Shown here: positions 17,202 to 26,784 of the stretch, piece after piece
Position numbering within the stretch: the stretch's first letter is position 1
Layout of the letters: every line of letters starts with the position of its first letter
Virus record (IMG/VR): IMGVR_UViG_3300021124_000017
Coordinates: 1-34,980 of that record
DNA length: 34,980 nt
DNA from: a virus
Taxonomy: Duplodnaviria > Caudoviricetes
Direction: 5' to 3' (one strand)
The notes under the pieces: generated by a model
The model's input: only the letters and a program-made list of their open reading frames with translations
Database searches by the model: none
Told to the model about the DNA's origin: nothing
Translations under genes and position numbers: made by a program

Positions 17202-19552
17202 GAGTATAAATAATTAAATTCGTTATCAAAACTTGTTGGATCGAATGTTTCACCACTATTCCACAATTCCTCTAATGTTCCATTCATTGTTTCATTAGCT
17301 ATATCAAACTCACATTGCCCTAAAATGAAATTCAGGCCGCTTAATTCATCTACTTCAAACACATTTCCTACACCAAAGCCCACACCTTTTAAATCGCAAT
17401 CCACTTTTGTTCTAAGCGCATCCGTTAAAAACATTTTTTCTACTGTTTGCACAAATCCAAAAGAAGGAGCGAAAGCGTAGTAATAATTAATGATTAGTTG
17501 GTAGCCACTTGGCCCGATAATACCCGATAAATCAGCCAATCCCAAAGAGGCAAATGTGAGAACAGTCGTTCCTGCGGGTACATCAAAAGTGTAACCACTT
17601 ACAGGAGTTCCTGCGTATTTTATCGTAACATTACATTTTCTGATAGTAGGATTTGTTGAAGTAATGCCGGTAGTTACCAAACTTAAATTTTCAGGAGGCA
17701 TACTCCAATAATTCTTCCAAGCTGCTGTTTTAGTTGTGCCTCCCACGAGTAAAGCGCCATTGATAGAAAATACAGGCGAATCTGAATAAGTTAATTGATT
17801 GCTTATGTTTTTTCTGATGGATGCGTTCTGTATAGATGATTTATTATAATGCCCTGTTATTTTGGTGCTTTGGTTAATGTAATAATCCATCGTAATACTT
17901 AGGTTTTTTACATAGCACGTTGTCGCAGTTGCACCGTTAAAATTAAAACCGTACAATCTTATTTTTAAAATGCCATCTACCGGGAAAGCAGGAAAAATCT
18001 TGTTTACACTATTCGATGGAGCCGTAATCAATCCGCTTAAAGAAAAAGTATTGTAATTGTTATTGGTAGGCGACCACACAGAAGCACTAAAAAACTCATA
18101 TATCTTCCCGTCTTCATGTGAAGTGTAAGGGCCATTCCATCTGAAATAATTATAAGAACCACCTACTAAAGCCAATTCATAGAACTTTGTCGGATCTGCT
18201 GCTGATTGTAGATTAAATGATACACAAAAACTTGCATCTATATTGCCCTGCATACAGCAATCAGCACTAAAATCCATCCTTGAATTTTGGCTGACTATAA
18301 TATCATTAAACTGAATATTTTTATAATCAGTATCGCCATGACTATTTGTAAAATAAGCCTGATCTAAAGGCATATAAATAAATCTATCTACCTCTAAATT
18401 TGTTCTTGTATCGCTTACTTTTCTGATGTAAGAGATATAAGAAGGGCCATTAAAAGTCCAATCGGGTAAAAGATAATCTTCATATTTGTATTTAACACCG
18501 TTAATAGTAGCGTAAGAAGTTGCTACCAAAGAGCCTAATGTCATCAAATCCATGTTTAAAATCAGCTTTTGTGGTTGCTGATAATTAAACTGATTGTTTA
18601 CATAGCTGTTAGGTCGTATAAAATACCTCGTTTGTGAAGCATTGATAAACTTAACCGACTTAGAAGAACCGATATTTATCAAACTTAAAGAAGGTGCTAC
18701 ACTTGGCGAATTAAATGCACCGGTACTCGCATCCATCTGATATTGTGTGCCGGGAGGATTGTTTGAAAAGTCTTTTAATTCAACCCATCTAACTATGTTC
18801 CATTGACCGTTATTCTGAAATATGGTACAATTCCAATCGGCTAAAAGACTTTGTAAAACCGTATAACAGTCTTTCACTATATCCGATAGTAATACCGGAT
18901 TAGCGCTATTCTTTACAAGCCCTGCATCTGTTTCAGTCAGCAGATACATTCTTGGATCAACGTAAGCCTGTGCAAAAGGATCATTGGTATTCGTTGAAGT
19001 CCTGTCGTTCATACCTACCTCGAACATATTTAAGTAATTGTTCGTAGGTAACAATAATCCTGTTCTGTATAAGCAATAATTTAAAACATCTAAAAGTTTT
19101 ATCGTTCCATTACTTCCTCCTCCGTAATAAATAATGCTTCCTGTTAAATCTGTAAAAGCTACATCCTTTAATAACCCCAATCCATCATTGGCTTTTAAGT
19201 TAATAACGGTAGGAGTGCTAAGCAAAGCCTCTCTGCAATCATCCATCACTAAAAATCCACTCCACTCTAAATTAGAGTTTAAATAATAATCTACTCGCCA
19301 AACATTATCGCTATTGGCTTCAAAAGTTGATAGAGGAGTAGCACCTTGATTGTAAAATGAAATATCCGCTTCGCTGCCACGAATGGGATCCGTAGCGTAA
19401 TAATCACCCGATTTGTAAGAGATTACAATGGGTTGCGCAGTTCCTTTTAATTGAGTGATAGAACCACTATAACCCTTTTGTAAAAGATTAATTAGTCCGG
19501 CATTATCGGAAAGTGTTTTAAAACTAATTTGATATACTATGCCGTAAGACAA
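17198..19552 (-). CDS. Tail tip/hub protein
   Basis: 784 aa directly after the tape measure; WSGFL, LKANDGLGLLKD and IFQNNGQWNI motifs resemble Bacteroidota siphophage tail-tip proteins; TTG start. Confidence 0.7.
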   Translation of the reverse strand: MSYGIVYQISFKTLSDNAGLINLLQKGYSGSITQLKGTAQPIVISYKSGDYYATDPIRGSEADISFYNQGATPLSTFEANSDNVWRVDYYLNSNLEWSGFLVMDDCREALLSTPTVINLKANDGLGLLKDVAFTDLTGSIIYYGGGSNGTIKLLDVLNYCLYRTGLLLPTNNYLNMFEVGMNDRTSTNTNDPFAQAYVDPRMYLLTETDAGLVKNSANPVLLSDIVKDCYTVLQSLLADWNCTIFQNNGQWNIVRWVELKDFSNNPPGTQYQMDASTGAFNSPSVAPSLSLINIGSSKSVKFINASQTRYFIRPNSYVNNQFNYQQPQKLILNMDLMTLGSLVATSYATINGVKYKYEDYLLPDWTFNGPSYISYIRKVSDTRTNLEVDRFIYMPLDQAYFTNSHGDTDYKNIQFNDIIVSQNSRMDFSADCCMQGNIDASFCVSFNLQSAADPTKFYELALVGGSYNYFRWNGPYTSHEDGKIYEFFSASVWSPTNNNYNTFSLSGLITAPSNSVNKIFPAFPVDGILKIRLYGFNFNGATATTCYVKNLSITMDYYINQSTKITGHYNKSSIQNASIRKNISNQLTYSDSPVFSINGALLVGGTTKTAAWKNYWSMPPENLSLVTTGITSTNPTIRKCNVTIKYAGTPVSGYTFDVPAGTTVLTFASLGLADLSGIIGPSGYQLIINYYYAFAPSFGFVQTVEKMFLTDALRTKVDCDLKGVGFGVGNVFEVDELSGLNFILGQCEFDIANETMNGTLEELWNSGETFDPTSFDNEFNYLYS

Positions 19553-19587
19553 GATTCATAAAAACTCAATCTTAAATTATAATAAAT

Positions 19588-19641
19588 GCAATATAATTAT
19601 TTTAAGAATAATTGATGTGTAATTTTTTACACAATTGTTAG
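19588..19641 (-). promoter_or_regulatory. Late promoter A with 17-bp upstream motif
   Basis: TTTTACACAATTGTTAG at 19625-19641 (+); -7-like TATATTGC (-) at 19588-19595. Confidence 0.7.
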
Positions 19642-21692
19642 TAGGTGCGACCTCTTGACCTGTTTGCTCTTTCTATTACTATGCCTAAAGCGTTTCCGCT
19701 TATTTCTGTTCTTGCTACAAATCCGCTTTGGCTTCCTGCGCCACTTGACGCAACCGCTTTTAATTGTGCAGGAGTTAAAACACTTTCGCCACTACTCAAT
19801 CGTGCTAAGTATGTATCGTTGCTATAACCCGGAGGTACAACACCACCCGAAGCAAACCCTGTAATGTTTTTAAAAATAGACATAAAACCTCCGCTTGTTC
19901 CTGCCTTTGCACTTCCTAATAAAGAACTCCCTGCTCCTAATCCTGATGCTGCTAATAATAGATTTAATACTTCGGCTGCGGCTGCTGCTGCTGCAAGTTT
20001 TTCTATCATTTTTGCAATATCTTTAATAACACTATTAAGACTTACATCCGCACCATCAGCTAAACCGCTAAAAAAATTAGTAAATGCCGGAGCAAGTGTA
20101 TTGTCTACAAAATCAGCTTCTTTTTGTAATTTTTCTTGTATTGCTTGGTTAGCTTCTGCAAATTTCTGTGATTGTGTAGCCATATCCCTCTGCATTGCAG
20201 GGGCTTTTCTTGCTGATAAGTCCGCTTGTGCTTCGTAATTCTTTAAATCTAAAATTAATGATTTTAAATTATGGTCTGCCGCAGGATTTGCACCCGCTTT
20301 CATTAATTTATCAATAGCCTGTTCAGTAGCCCTTATCTTTTCACTATTCAGATTTTTACCTAACGCATTTTCCTTAACAGCAATATCTTTTAAAGCAATG
20401 CCATACTCTTGCATCGCTTTTTGCTCCAAAGTAATGCCATCTACTTTGCGCAAATGTTCTTCTTTGTCTTTCTTAGGTTTTGGTGTTTTTGGATCTTTTA
20501 ACTCATCTAAAAATTTAATATTTGACTTCTTTGCTATGTCAGCAGCCTGTTTCATTAAATCATTACCAATCTTTTCAAGATTAGATTTTTGATCATTAGC
20601 TGCTTTTTCTTGTGCTTTTTTAATTGCCTCACCTTCTGATTTTATATAATCAGTTTTTAACTTTGTACTTCCTGTTTGATTAGGAACAAATCCCGGTGCA
20701 GAATTATTACCCGCACCAAATGCAATTGCCTTTTGAGTAAGATTTGCACTTTCTTTAAACGCATCTGCCTCAGCTTTTGCGTGAGCTTGTGCTGCCTCAA
20801 ATGCTTTTTTAGCTGCCGCTTCATACGCTAAATTGGCTGCTGCTTTTAGCATTGTCATTTGTATAAAAGCAGGGCCTTTATCAGTAATACTTTTTTCGGC
20901 AGCTTCTAAACTTGTTACCTTGCCTAATGCGTTGCCTAATTCTTTATTATATTCAGCAATAGCATCTTTTTTACTAATAATCCCTTGTTTAGCAAGTTCA
21001 ATTGATTCTTTTACACTATCAATAGCAGAAGATGTCTTTACATATTCTTTTTCAGCTAAACTAATTGCTGATGCTTCGTCTTTAATTGAATCGTTTAAAC
21101 TTGTAACAGATTCTTTTGCTTCTTTATGATGTCTTAAAAACATCGCTAAAGCTGTACCGGCAATAAATAAAGCCGATTGCCAACTAAATAGCGTAGAACC
21201 TAATAAGCCTAATGCACTATTCCATGAACCTGTTTCGGCTTTTACTTCGCCTAATTTCGCTGCTAAATTGGGTAATGCGTAAGTTAATTCTGCAATACCT
21301 CTGTTTGTTGAATAGAGTAGGGAATGAGAATCCCTGATTACTCTATTGGTCGCCATCATCACATTGCGCATTGAATCACTCTGATTCGTTGCACCACTCA
21401 TCGCACCCTTATACTGCTCAATTTCCTTAGTAACTAAATTGATTTGTAATTTAGTTTGTGCTATCTCTTTATTTAAAGCACTTGCACTGGTTGAACCATC
21501 ACCAAAAGCCTTCTCAAATTGTAAACTTTCTAACTTAGAATTTAAGTCAGATAATTGCCCGGTAGCTTCACTTAACGCACCCTGTAAGGCCCCGCTAAAA
21601 TCTTGAACGGATTTCTTGGCAGCATTTATTCCACTCTCTAAATCGGATGTGTCAGCACCAATCCCTATTATAAGTCCTTCTTCTGCTGCCAT
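19638..21692 (-). CDS. Tape measure protein
   Basis: 684 aa, Ala/Lys-rich helical, N-terminal IGIGADTSDL, C-terminal GFASGGVV...LSSGESVL; follows the tail chaperones. Confidence 0.9.
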   Translation of the reverse strand: MAAEEGLIIGIGADTSDLESGINAAKKSVQDFSGALQGALSEATGQLSDLNSKLESLQFEKAFGDGSTSASALNKEIAQTKLQINLVTKEIEQYKGAMSGATNQSDSMRNVMMATNRVIRDSHSLLYSTNRGIAELTYALPNLAAKLGEVKAETGSWNSALGLLGSTLFSWQSALFIAGTALAMFLRHHKEAKESVTSLNDSIKDEASAISLAEKEYVKTSSAIDSVKESIELAKQGIISKKDAIAEYNKELGNALGKVTSLEAAEKSITDKGPAFIQMTMLKAAANLAYEAAAKKAFEAAQAHAKAEADAFKESANLTQKAIAFGAGNNSAPGFVPNQTGSTKLKTDYIKSEGEAIKKAQEKAANDQKSNLEKIGNDLMKQAADIAKKSNIKFLDELKDPKTPKPKKDKEEHLRKVDGITLEQKAMQEYGIALKDIAVKENALGKNLNSEKIRATEQAIDKLMKAGANPAADHNLKSLILDLKNYEAQADLSARKAPAMQRDMATQSQKFAEANQAIQEKLQKEADFVDNTLAPAFTNFFSGLADGADVSLNSVIKDIAKMIEKLAAAAAAAEVLNLLLAASGLGAGSSLLGSAKAGTSGGFMSIFKNITGFASGGVVPPGYSNDTYLARLSSGESVLTPAQLKAVASSGAGSQSGFVARTEISGNALGIVIERANRSRGRTY

Positions 21693-21967
21693 TATCCTAA
21701 AAAGTTTGTATGTTGATTAAATATTTCATCCATTTCCTCCTCCGTCATTCGCTCTGATTGCTTTTCTTCCAAAGGCAAAAACTCCTCAATATCTACCGGA
21801 TTACTTGCCATGTGAGTATGTATCGTGTAAGCTATTAATCTCGCTCTTTGCCATTCACCTTTTTCTCTCTTTGAATAACCTTTGCAACAAGAAACATACT
21901 CGGCCTCTGTCATCATATAATATTCTCGTGGCAGTAAGCCGAGTATTCCAAAAGCAAACTCATGCAC
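21692..21967 (-). CDS. Tail assembly chaperone, T part of G-T frameshift product
   Basis: LGLLPREYYMMTEAEY motif; in the -1 frame relative to the upstream gene. Confidence 0.8.
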   Translation of the reverse strand: MHEFAFGILGLLPREYYMMTEAEYVSCCKGYSKREKGEWQRARLIAYTIHTHMASNPVDIEEFLPLEEKQSERMTEEEMDEIFNQHTNFLG

Positions 21968-21978
21968 ATCATCCCAAC

Positions 21979-22377
21979 TTATCGCTTCTTTTTTTTTACC
22001 TCATCCTTTGAATCTTCAATTACTTTTTGCATTGGCTTTGAACTCCAATAAGCCTCCATCACTGATTTGATAAAACTTGCTTTTTTATCACTAAAAAATA
22101 AGTCCTCCACCCATTCAGCAATATCTTCTTTCTTTTCTTGGCAAATAGTTTCAATCCCTCCACTCTTAGCAAAAGCATTACCACACAATCCCGCATAAAC
22201 AAATTTTACAATCGCTGCAAAACTTGTATCTTCTTTCGCTTTGAGTTTTGCTTCTACATTTCCTTTATCATCACTTACATACTCATAATCAGCACGACTG
22301 ATGATCTCAATTGAGTGCATATTAAATTTTAACCCTCGAAGTTCGCCTCCGAGTTCAATTTGACAATAACCATTCAT
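21979..22377 (-). CDS. Tail assembly chaperone (G)
   Basis: Lies between tail tube and tape measure; ends in an A9G slippery run (VKKKKR). Confidence 0.8.
   Translation of the reverse strand: MNGYCQIELGGELRGLKFNMHSIEIISRADYEYVSDDKGNVEAKLKAKEDTSFAAIVKFVYAGLCGNAFAKSGGIETICQEKKEDIAEWVEDLFFSDKKASFIKSVMEAYWSSKPMQKVIEDSKDEVKKKKR
21988..21997 (-). promoter_or_regulatory. Programmed -1 frameshift site
   Basis: GTA AAA AAA AAG contains A AAA AAG; the -1 frame reads KEAISWDDVHEF into ORF 21692..21967. Confidence 0.75.
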
Positions 22378-22380
22378 TTA

Positions 22381-22812
22381 TTAATAAGTTGAAATAGTTT
22401 GAAATGCGAATGAACCTTTAAACTCTGTGTATTTATTGGTTTCATACATTTCTTCCAATGATTTGAAAAATCCTGTTCCTGTCATGTTTCTGTTTACAGG
22501 AGTAGAAATATTATCTACTAATCTGATACTTACAACTGTTTGCGCTCCGGTTAAAGTAAGCATTTCATTGTAAGATGAATAACCGGTAGGAGCAGCACTT
22601 GTGTAAGAAAAACCTTCGAAATCCAAACTTAAATTTTGTAAGCCCGGAGAAAGTTCTTTTAATGATCCACCGGTCGTGTCATTTGTTGTGTCGATTTCTT
22701 CATTATCAACCTTGAAAGATTTTTTTTGAAGTGCGGCAAGAGTATTCCAAGTAGTGCCGTCTGTACTTACTTGGAGGTATATCCCTTTACCTTTAAACTT
22801 GGTTGCTGACAT
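22381..22812 (-). CDS. Major tail tube protein
   Basis: SFKVDNEEIDTT...PGLQNLSLDFEG...TGTGFFKSLE; expected position after the tail terminator. Confidence 0.85.
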   Translation of the reverse strand: MSATKFKGKGIYLQVSTDGTTWNTLAALQKKSFKVDNEEIDTTNDTTGGSLKELSPGLQNLSLDFEGFSYTSAAPTGYSSYNEMLTLTGAQTVVSIRLVDNISTPVNRNMTGTGFFKSLEEMYETNKYTEFKGSFAFQTISTY

Positions 22813-22830
22813 TGTATTTGTTTTTTATTT

Positions 22831-23253
22831 TTATGAAATGTTTTCTAGGTCCATTGAGTACCGATAAATCTTTTGCACATACACTTTATCTCCCACATCC
22901 TGAGTTAAATAATTCGTACTCTGAATTTTTACTCCTCTAATCGCCCAATCTGTACCAAAATCAATCTGATCTCCTTTTACCGCATCGAAAATCAATTTTC
23001 CGAGTGCTTCCACATTTGTTTTTGTTGCTGATTGACTTTGTGCATCGGTTATTTTAATTAAAATACTTGCACTAAAAGTATCTCTCACATCAACATCTGT
23101 TTGTTGTTCTACTTGAGAAGAAAGGATTACATAAGGAGTTGTTTGCGCTTTTACACTCAATTCATCAAATACACTTACCGCATTACCGTTGTATGTAAGT
23201 GCTGATATTTTGTTATAAAATGCTTTGCGTACCTGTTCGCCTACTTCTATCAT
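22831..23253 (-). CDS. Tail terminator/completion protein
   Basis: VFDE...TPYVIL motif and synteny. Confidence 0.7.
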   Translation of the reverse strand: MIEVGEQVRKAFYNKISALTYNGNAVSVFDELSVKAQTTPYVILSSQVEQQTDVDVRDTFSASILIKITDAQSQSATKTNVEALGKLIFDAVKGDQIDFGTDWAIRGVKIQSTNYLTQDVGDKVYVQKIYRYSMDLENIS

Positions 23254-23762
23254 TTAACAGCTTCCTTTAAATCGTTTATCAATTGTGGTTTTTGGTTAAT
23301 CACATTGGGCCACATAAAAGGATGAGGATGAATACCATTGCGCATTACACTTAAATAAATCGGGTACCATGCTTTTTTATCAATTCCTTTTCTTTCACAC
23401 CATGCACTAATCATACTCCATGCACTATTTTCTCCTTTGCCTTGTCCTCTAAACTGTTGCGCATACTCCTCTAATTCAGGAGGCACATCAACATAACTCA
23501 TCGTTCCAAACTCCACAAAAGGTGCATAAACAGTTTGTGCAACCACTTCTCTAAATAATTCCTTATTACCTCTCCTAACCGTTATGGCCGCTCTTAAATC
23601 GCCCATATTTACCGGTGCATCATTGATGGCATTGTTAGCGATTGTCTGACAATTGTTATCAACAGCCGCATCTGCTTTTCTCCTTATATCCGCTTTCTTG
23701 CTCTCAAGATTTGAAAGAACTTTATCAAAACTTCTTACATCTAAAACAAAACCTTTACCCAT
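23250..23762 (-). CDS. HK97 gp10-like tail component
   Basis: APVNMGDLRAAI, YAPFVEFGT and HPHPFMWP motifs. Confidence 0.85.
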   Translation of the reverse strand: MGKGFVLDVRSFDKVLSNLESKKADIRRKADAAVDNNCQTIANNAINDAPVNMGDLRAAITVRRGNKELFREVVAQTVYAPFVEFGTMSYVDVPPELEEYAQQFRGQGKGENSAWSMISAWCERKGIDKKAWYPIYLSVMRNGIHPHPFMWPNVINQKPQLINDLKEAVK

Positions 23763-24099
23763 TCTTTGCTTCAGTTAATTTCATTTGCCAATATCTCCTG
23801 CCATCGTTTATCTCCGTCAATGAGTTTATCTGCAAATACCTTGTCGTTAAATCATCATTGTATTTCACTTGACCATTTACAACAGGTGTGTAATCATTAT
23901 ATCTTATCAAACAAGTAAACCCTTGCTTTATTACCGCTACTCCAAACTCATATTTATCAGTAGTCGAATTATTTGGAATAATCGAACAATACACAGTCTT
24001 ATCGTCTGTCCATGTATCAGTAAAACCACCCGCTCCATCTGTTACAGGTGTATTCTTCTGAAACGTGATTTGTCTTTTTAAAGAACCTATCCGAACCAT
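23755..24099 (-). CDS. Head closure/head-tail adaptor (SPP1 gp16-like)
   Basis: IGSLKRQITFQ...DGAGG...W...IRY motifs. Confidence 0.85.
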   Translation of the reverse strand: MVRIGSLKRQITFQKNTPVTDGAGGFTDTWTDDKTVYCSIIPNNSTTDKYEFGVAVIKQGFTCLIRYNDYTPVVNGQVKYNDDLTTRYLQINSLTEINDGRRYWQMKLTEAKNG

Positions 24100-24665
24100 G
24101 TATTATTTTTAATCAGCTTTAAAGTATTTTCGATAATGTCCGGCACTACTGTAACCGCTTCTTTGCTACTTCCTAACTGATACAACTGCTCATCACCTCT
24201 ATTCTCGAAATAAAATGTTACAAACTGCTTAATCGCTAATTTGATAATCTCAATATTATTCGTGTCCTGAATTGTTGTATAAGTTATTCGATACTGACCG
24301 GGATTGTAAGAGAAAAATCTACTTCCTTGCATTTCCCACTGGCTCGTCTGTGTTGTAATGTCCTGCCACGTTGTACTCGGTACCCACCTAAACTCAACCT
24401 TTGTAATATTGCCTAATGGTAAGTAAGCCAATGGCATCGAATATTTGCCGTCATGGTTTACCAAAGCCACAATGCTTTTAGGCATTACTGATTTATTCAA
24501 ATATCTTTCACACCATACTCTACCGGCAATGATCAAAGAACTGATAAAACTATCCTCACTTGTATTAGATAAGCGAAGCATAGCCTTAGCATCTGATAAT
24601 GACACAACCTCACTAACTCCAGTCGTATCGGTAATATCTATTTCTAAAAAATTGTTATAAACCAT
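24087..24665 (-). CDS. Head-tail connector (HK97 gp6/SPP1 gp15-like)
   Basis: VSLSDAKAMLRL...EDSFISSLIIAGRVWCERYL...LAIKQFVTFYFENRG. Confidence 0.85.
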   Translation of the reverse strand: MVYNNFLEIDITDTTGVSEVVSLSDAKAMLRLSNTSEDSFISSLIIAGRVWCERYLNKSVMPKSIVALVNHDGKYSMPLAYLPLGNITKVEFRWVPSTTWQDITTQTSQWEMQGSRFFSYNPGQYRITYTTIQDTNNIEIIKLAIKQFVTFYFENRGDEQLYQLGSSKEAVTVVPDIIENTLKLIKNNTWFG

Positions 24666-24675
24666 TTTTTAAAGT

Positions 24676-24747
24676 TGGTCGGGGAGGATGTTCGACCATC
24701 CTTGCGCTTAATTATCTTCATGCGCAAGTTTCTCTATTCACCCCGAC
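24676..24747 (-). ncRNA. tRNA-like structured element (72 nt)
   Basis: Minus strand: GTCGGGG/CCCCGAC outer stem, CTTGCGC/GCGCAAG stem, GGATG-GTCGAA-CATCC stem, 3' end ...GACCA; no D arm or 7-nt anticodon loop. Confidence 0.5.
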
Positions 24748-24762
24748 TTTTATTGTAACTGA

Positions 24763-25923
24763 TTACGCAGTAAATGATCCGTAAGTGAATGCTTGAGGTA
24801 CATCTACACCCAACACTTCAAATACTTGACATCTAACTGTGATTAAGTTTTGTGTTACGTTTGTTCCGTCTTGTTCGAAGAACTCCACTTTCATATCTTC
24901 GGTAATCAAGCGTTTTGCAAAGCCGAAATCACCAATCCAATAATGACCTTGTGGAACCCAAGGGGCTTTCTTAACAGGAACACCATTTAAGGTTAATTCA
25001 CCATTAGCAGCCACCATTAACACACCCGGATAAGTGTATTGACCTGAACCACTTGCTTTGTATTCGATAATCTTAGCCCAGTCTTTAGGGTTTACAACGA
25101 TGGTATTAACATCGAATGAGAAACCGCCTGAACTGTATGCTTCCAAGTTTGCAGTTTCATTGATTAATCTTTCAACATAGTTTGAGACTGTATCAGCAAC
25201 AGAAGCGTTTACACCACTTTCAGCAGCCAAAGCTGTATGGAAAATGCTGTTTTCTTTGATGAACAAATCACGAAGCAACATCTGAGGCAATGCTGTTTGA
25301 ACCCATTTCAAGTTTGCCAACATTTGTTTAGTTACACGAGCAAAACCGCTGATATAACCACTGTTGTAAGTAACAATTTTGAAAGGTTTTTCGATTTGTG
25401 CGATAGAAGCACCTTCTGTCTGTGAAGCAAATGCACCCTGCGCATTAGCGTAATCTTCACGAGCGATAGCGTATGCACCTGTATCACTTGGAACAGCAGC
25501 AACAATATCTCTGAAGTTTACTTTAGGTCCGGGATAGATATTAACACCGGGTTGGTATGTTAAGATAGGAGAACCTGAAGTTAAATCAGAAGCCAACGTC
25601 ATGTTAGCAGCAGATTTCAACTCTAATTCAAAAGCATTACCTTTTGATACTTTTTTAATCTTGTCAAAAGATTCTGCCACTTTTTCGGCAAATTCTTCAC
25701 CAAAATTAACACCATTAGAAGCAGAAAATTTCTTTTTGCCTTGCGCAGCTTTTACTTTGTTCAATTCTTCTTTTACGTCTGCGATGTCTTTTGTAACCGC
25801 AATTTTTACGCTTTCAACTGCATCGGTAGCAGCTTTAACTTTTGTGTCGATATTGGCATTGATAGCATCACTTGTGCTTTTTAATTCGCCAACAACAACA
25901 TCTTTAATATCCTTGATTTCCAT
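24763..25923 (-). CDS. Major capsid protein (HK97 fold, with delta/scaffold domain)
   Basis: N-terminal coiled coil, EGASIAQ, VVNPKDWAKI, LNGVPV, IGDF and NLITVR motifs. Confidence 0.92.
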   Translation of the reverse strand: MEIKDIKDVVVGELKSTSDAINANIDTKVKAATDAVESVKIAVTKDIADVKEELNKVKAAQGKKKFSASNGVNFGEEFAEKVAESFDKIKKVSKGNAFELELKSAANMTLASDLTSGSPILTYQPGVNIYPGPKVNFRDIVAAVPSDTGAYAIAREDYANAQGAFASQTEGASIAQIEKPFKIVTYNSGYISGFARVTKQMLANLKWVQTALPQMLLRDLFIKENSIFHTALAAESGVNASVADTVSNYVERLINETANLEAYSSGGFSFDVNTIVVNPKDWAKIIEYKASGSGQYTYPGVLMVAANGELTLNGVPVKKAPWVPQGHYWIGDFGFAKRLITEDMKVEFFEQDGTNVTQNLITVRCQVFEVLGVDVPQAFTYGSFTA

Positions 25924-25924
25924 G

Positions 25925-26665
25925 TTATTTGATTGAAAAGTTTGATTTAATCAATTCACGAAAAGCGTTCACGTCAAACTCTTTAATCGGCTCAACTGCA
26001 ATAGGTGCGGGTTGAGTGATGCTTGTCATTTTTTCGATGTATGCTTCTTTTAATTGTTCGATTTGTATAAGTAGTAATGAAGTCTCAACTTCATTCTTGA
26101 TACCTTTTTTTAAGAGAGAAAAGCGTTTTTCTATTTCATCAACCAAGTCCTTTTCAGTTAATGATTTGAACACTCCAAGAGTAGGAGTTTGAGGATTAGC
26201 ACCCCACAATACAGAAGAACCTTCCCAAAGTTTCACTTCTCTGATTTCGTTGTAATCGTCTTTTTGTTCCTGTTTGCCTTTAGGTACTGAAAAACCAACG
26301 GAGTGTTGATTGATTTCACCGGATTCATATAATGGCCATACATCTTTCCAAAGATTAGTTTCTTTGTAAGATGAAACACCTACAATCATTGAATTTTCCT
26401 TGTATAACTCTGTAAACTTGCCGAGTGCGGATTTAATAGAAGGGTTGTGATCGACTAAATGCCAAATTTCATTTGTTCCTTTAGGACCACGTTCAGCGAT
26501 GGTTTTATCGAAAGCGTCATCGGTAAAGATGTCGCCATCCCTGTCTTTGTTGCCAAGATGAGCAATAGCAACCTTAACCTTTTTTCCTGTTGTATCTACG
26601 TCTAACGCTTTTAACGTCAGGCTCTTTCTTTGGTATTGATTTGCCACTATTAACAGTAGGCTCAA
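25925..26665 (-). CDS. HK97-family prohead protease
   Basis: NKDRDGDI...AFDKTI, LVDHN, HSVGF and EVKLWEGSSVLWGANPQT motifs; start codon uncertain (TTG or GTG). Confidence 0.9.
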   Translation of the reverse strand: MSLLLIVANQYQRKSLTLKALDVDTTGKKVKVAIAHLGNKDRDGDIFTDDAFDKTIAERGPKGTNEIWHLVDHNPSIKSALGKFTELYKENSMIVGVSSYKETNLWKDVWPLYESGEINQHSVGFSVPKGKQEQKDDYNEIREVKLWEGSSVLWGANPQTPTLGVFKSLTEKDLVDEIEKRFSLLKKGIKNEVETSLLLIQIEQLKEAYIEKMTSITQPAPIAVEPIKEFDVNAFRELIKSNFSIK

Positions 26666-26720
26666 TCTTCTTTGCCTTTGGAGGCTTAATAATTTCGGTA
26701 TATCCGACTTCTAATAACAT
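26574..26720 (-). CDS. Small basic ORF overlapping the protease start (48 aa, not in ORF track)
   Basis: MLLEVGYTEIIKPPKAKKIEPTVNSGKSIPKKEPDVKSVRRRYNRKKG; ATG just downstream of late promoter B. Confidence 0.5.
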   Translation of the reverse strand: MLLEVGYTEIIKPPKAKKIEPTVNSGKSIPKKEPDVKSVRRRYNRKKG

Positions 26721-26730
26721 TATATGAAAG

Positions 26731-26784
26731 CGAATTTAATTATTTTCAAGATAATTAAAAAATTTACTTTTACACAATTGTTAG
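26731..26784 (-). promoter_or_regulatory. Late promoter B with 17-bp upstream motif
   Basis: TTTTACACAATTGTTAG at 26768-26784; TAAATTCG (-) at 26731-26738. Confidence 0.7.

Noticed and set aside
19645-21129. Several + strand ORFs antisense to the tape measure gene
   Set aside because: Shadow ORFs of an Ala/Lys-rich gene, with no motifs or operon context. The same applies to the other antisense ORFs in the track (e.g. 254..445, 4996..5202, 25601..25936).
24676-24747. Canonical tRNA gene
   Set aside because: No D arm, a 14-nt loop instead of a 7-nt anticodon loop, and a non-canonical T loop; kept only as tRNA-like.
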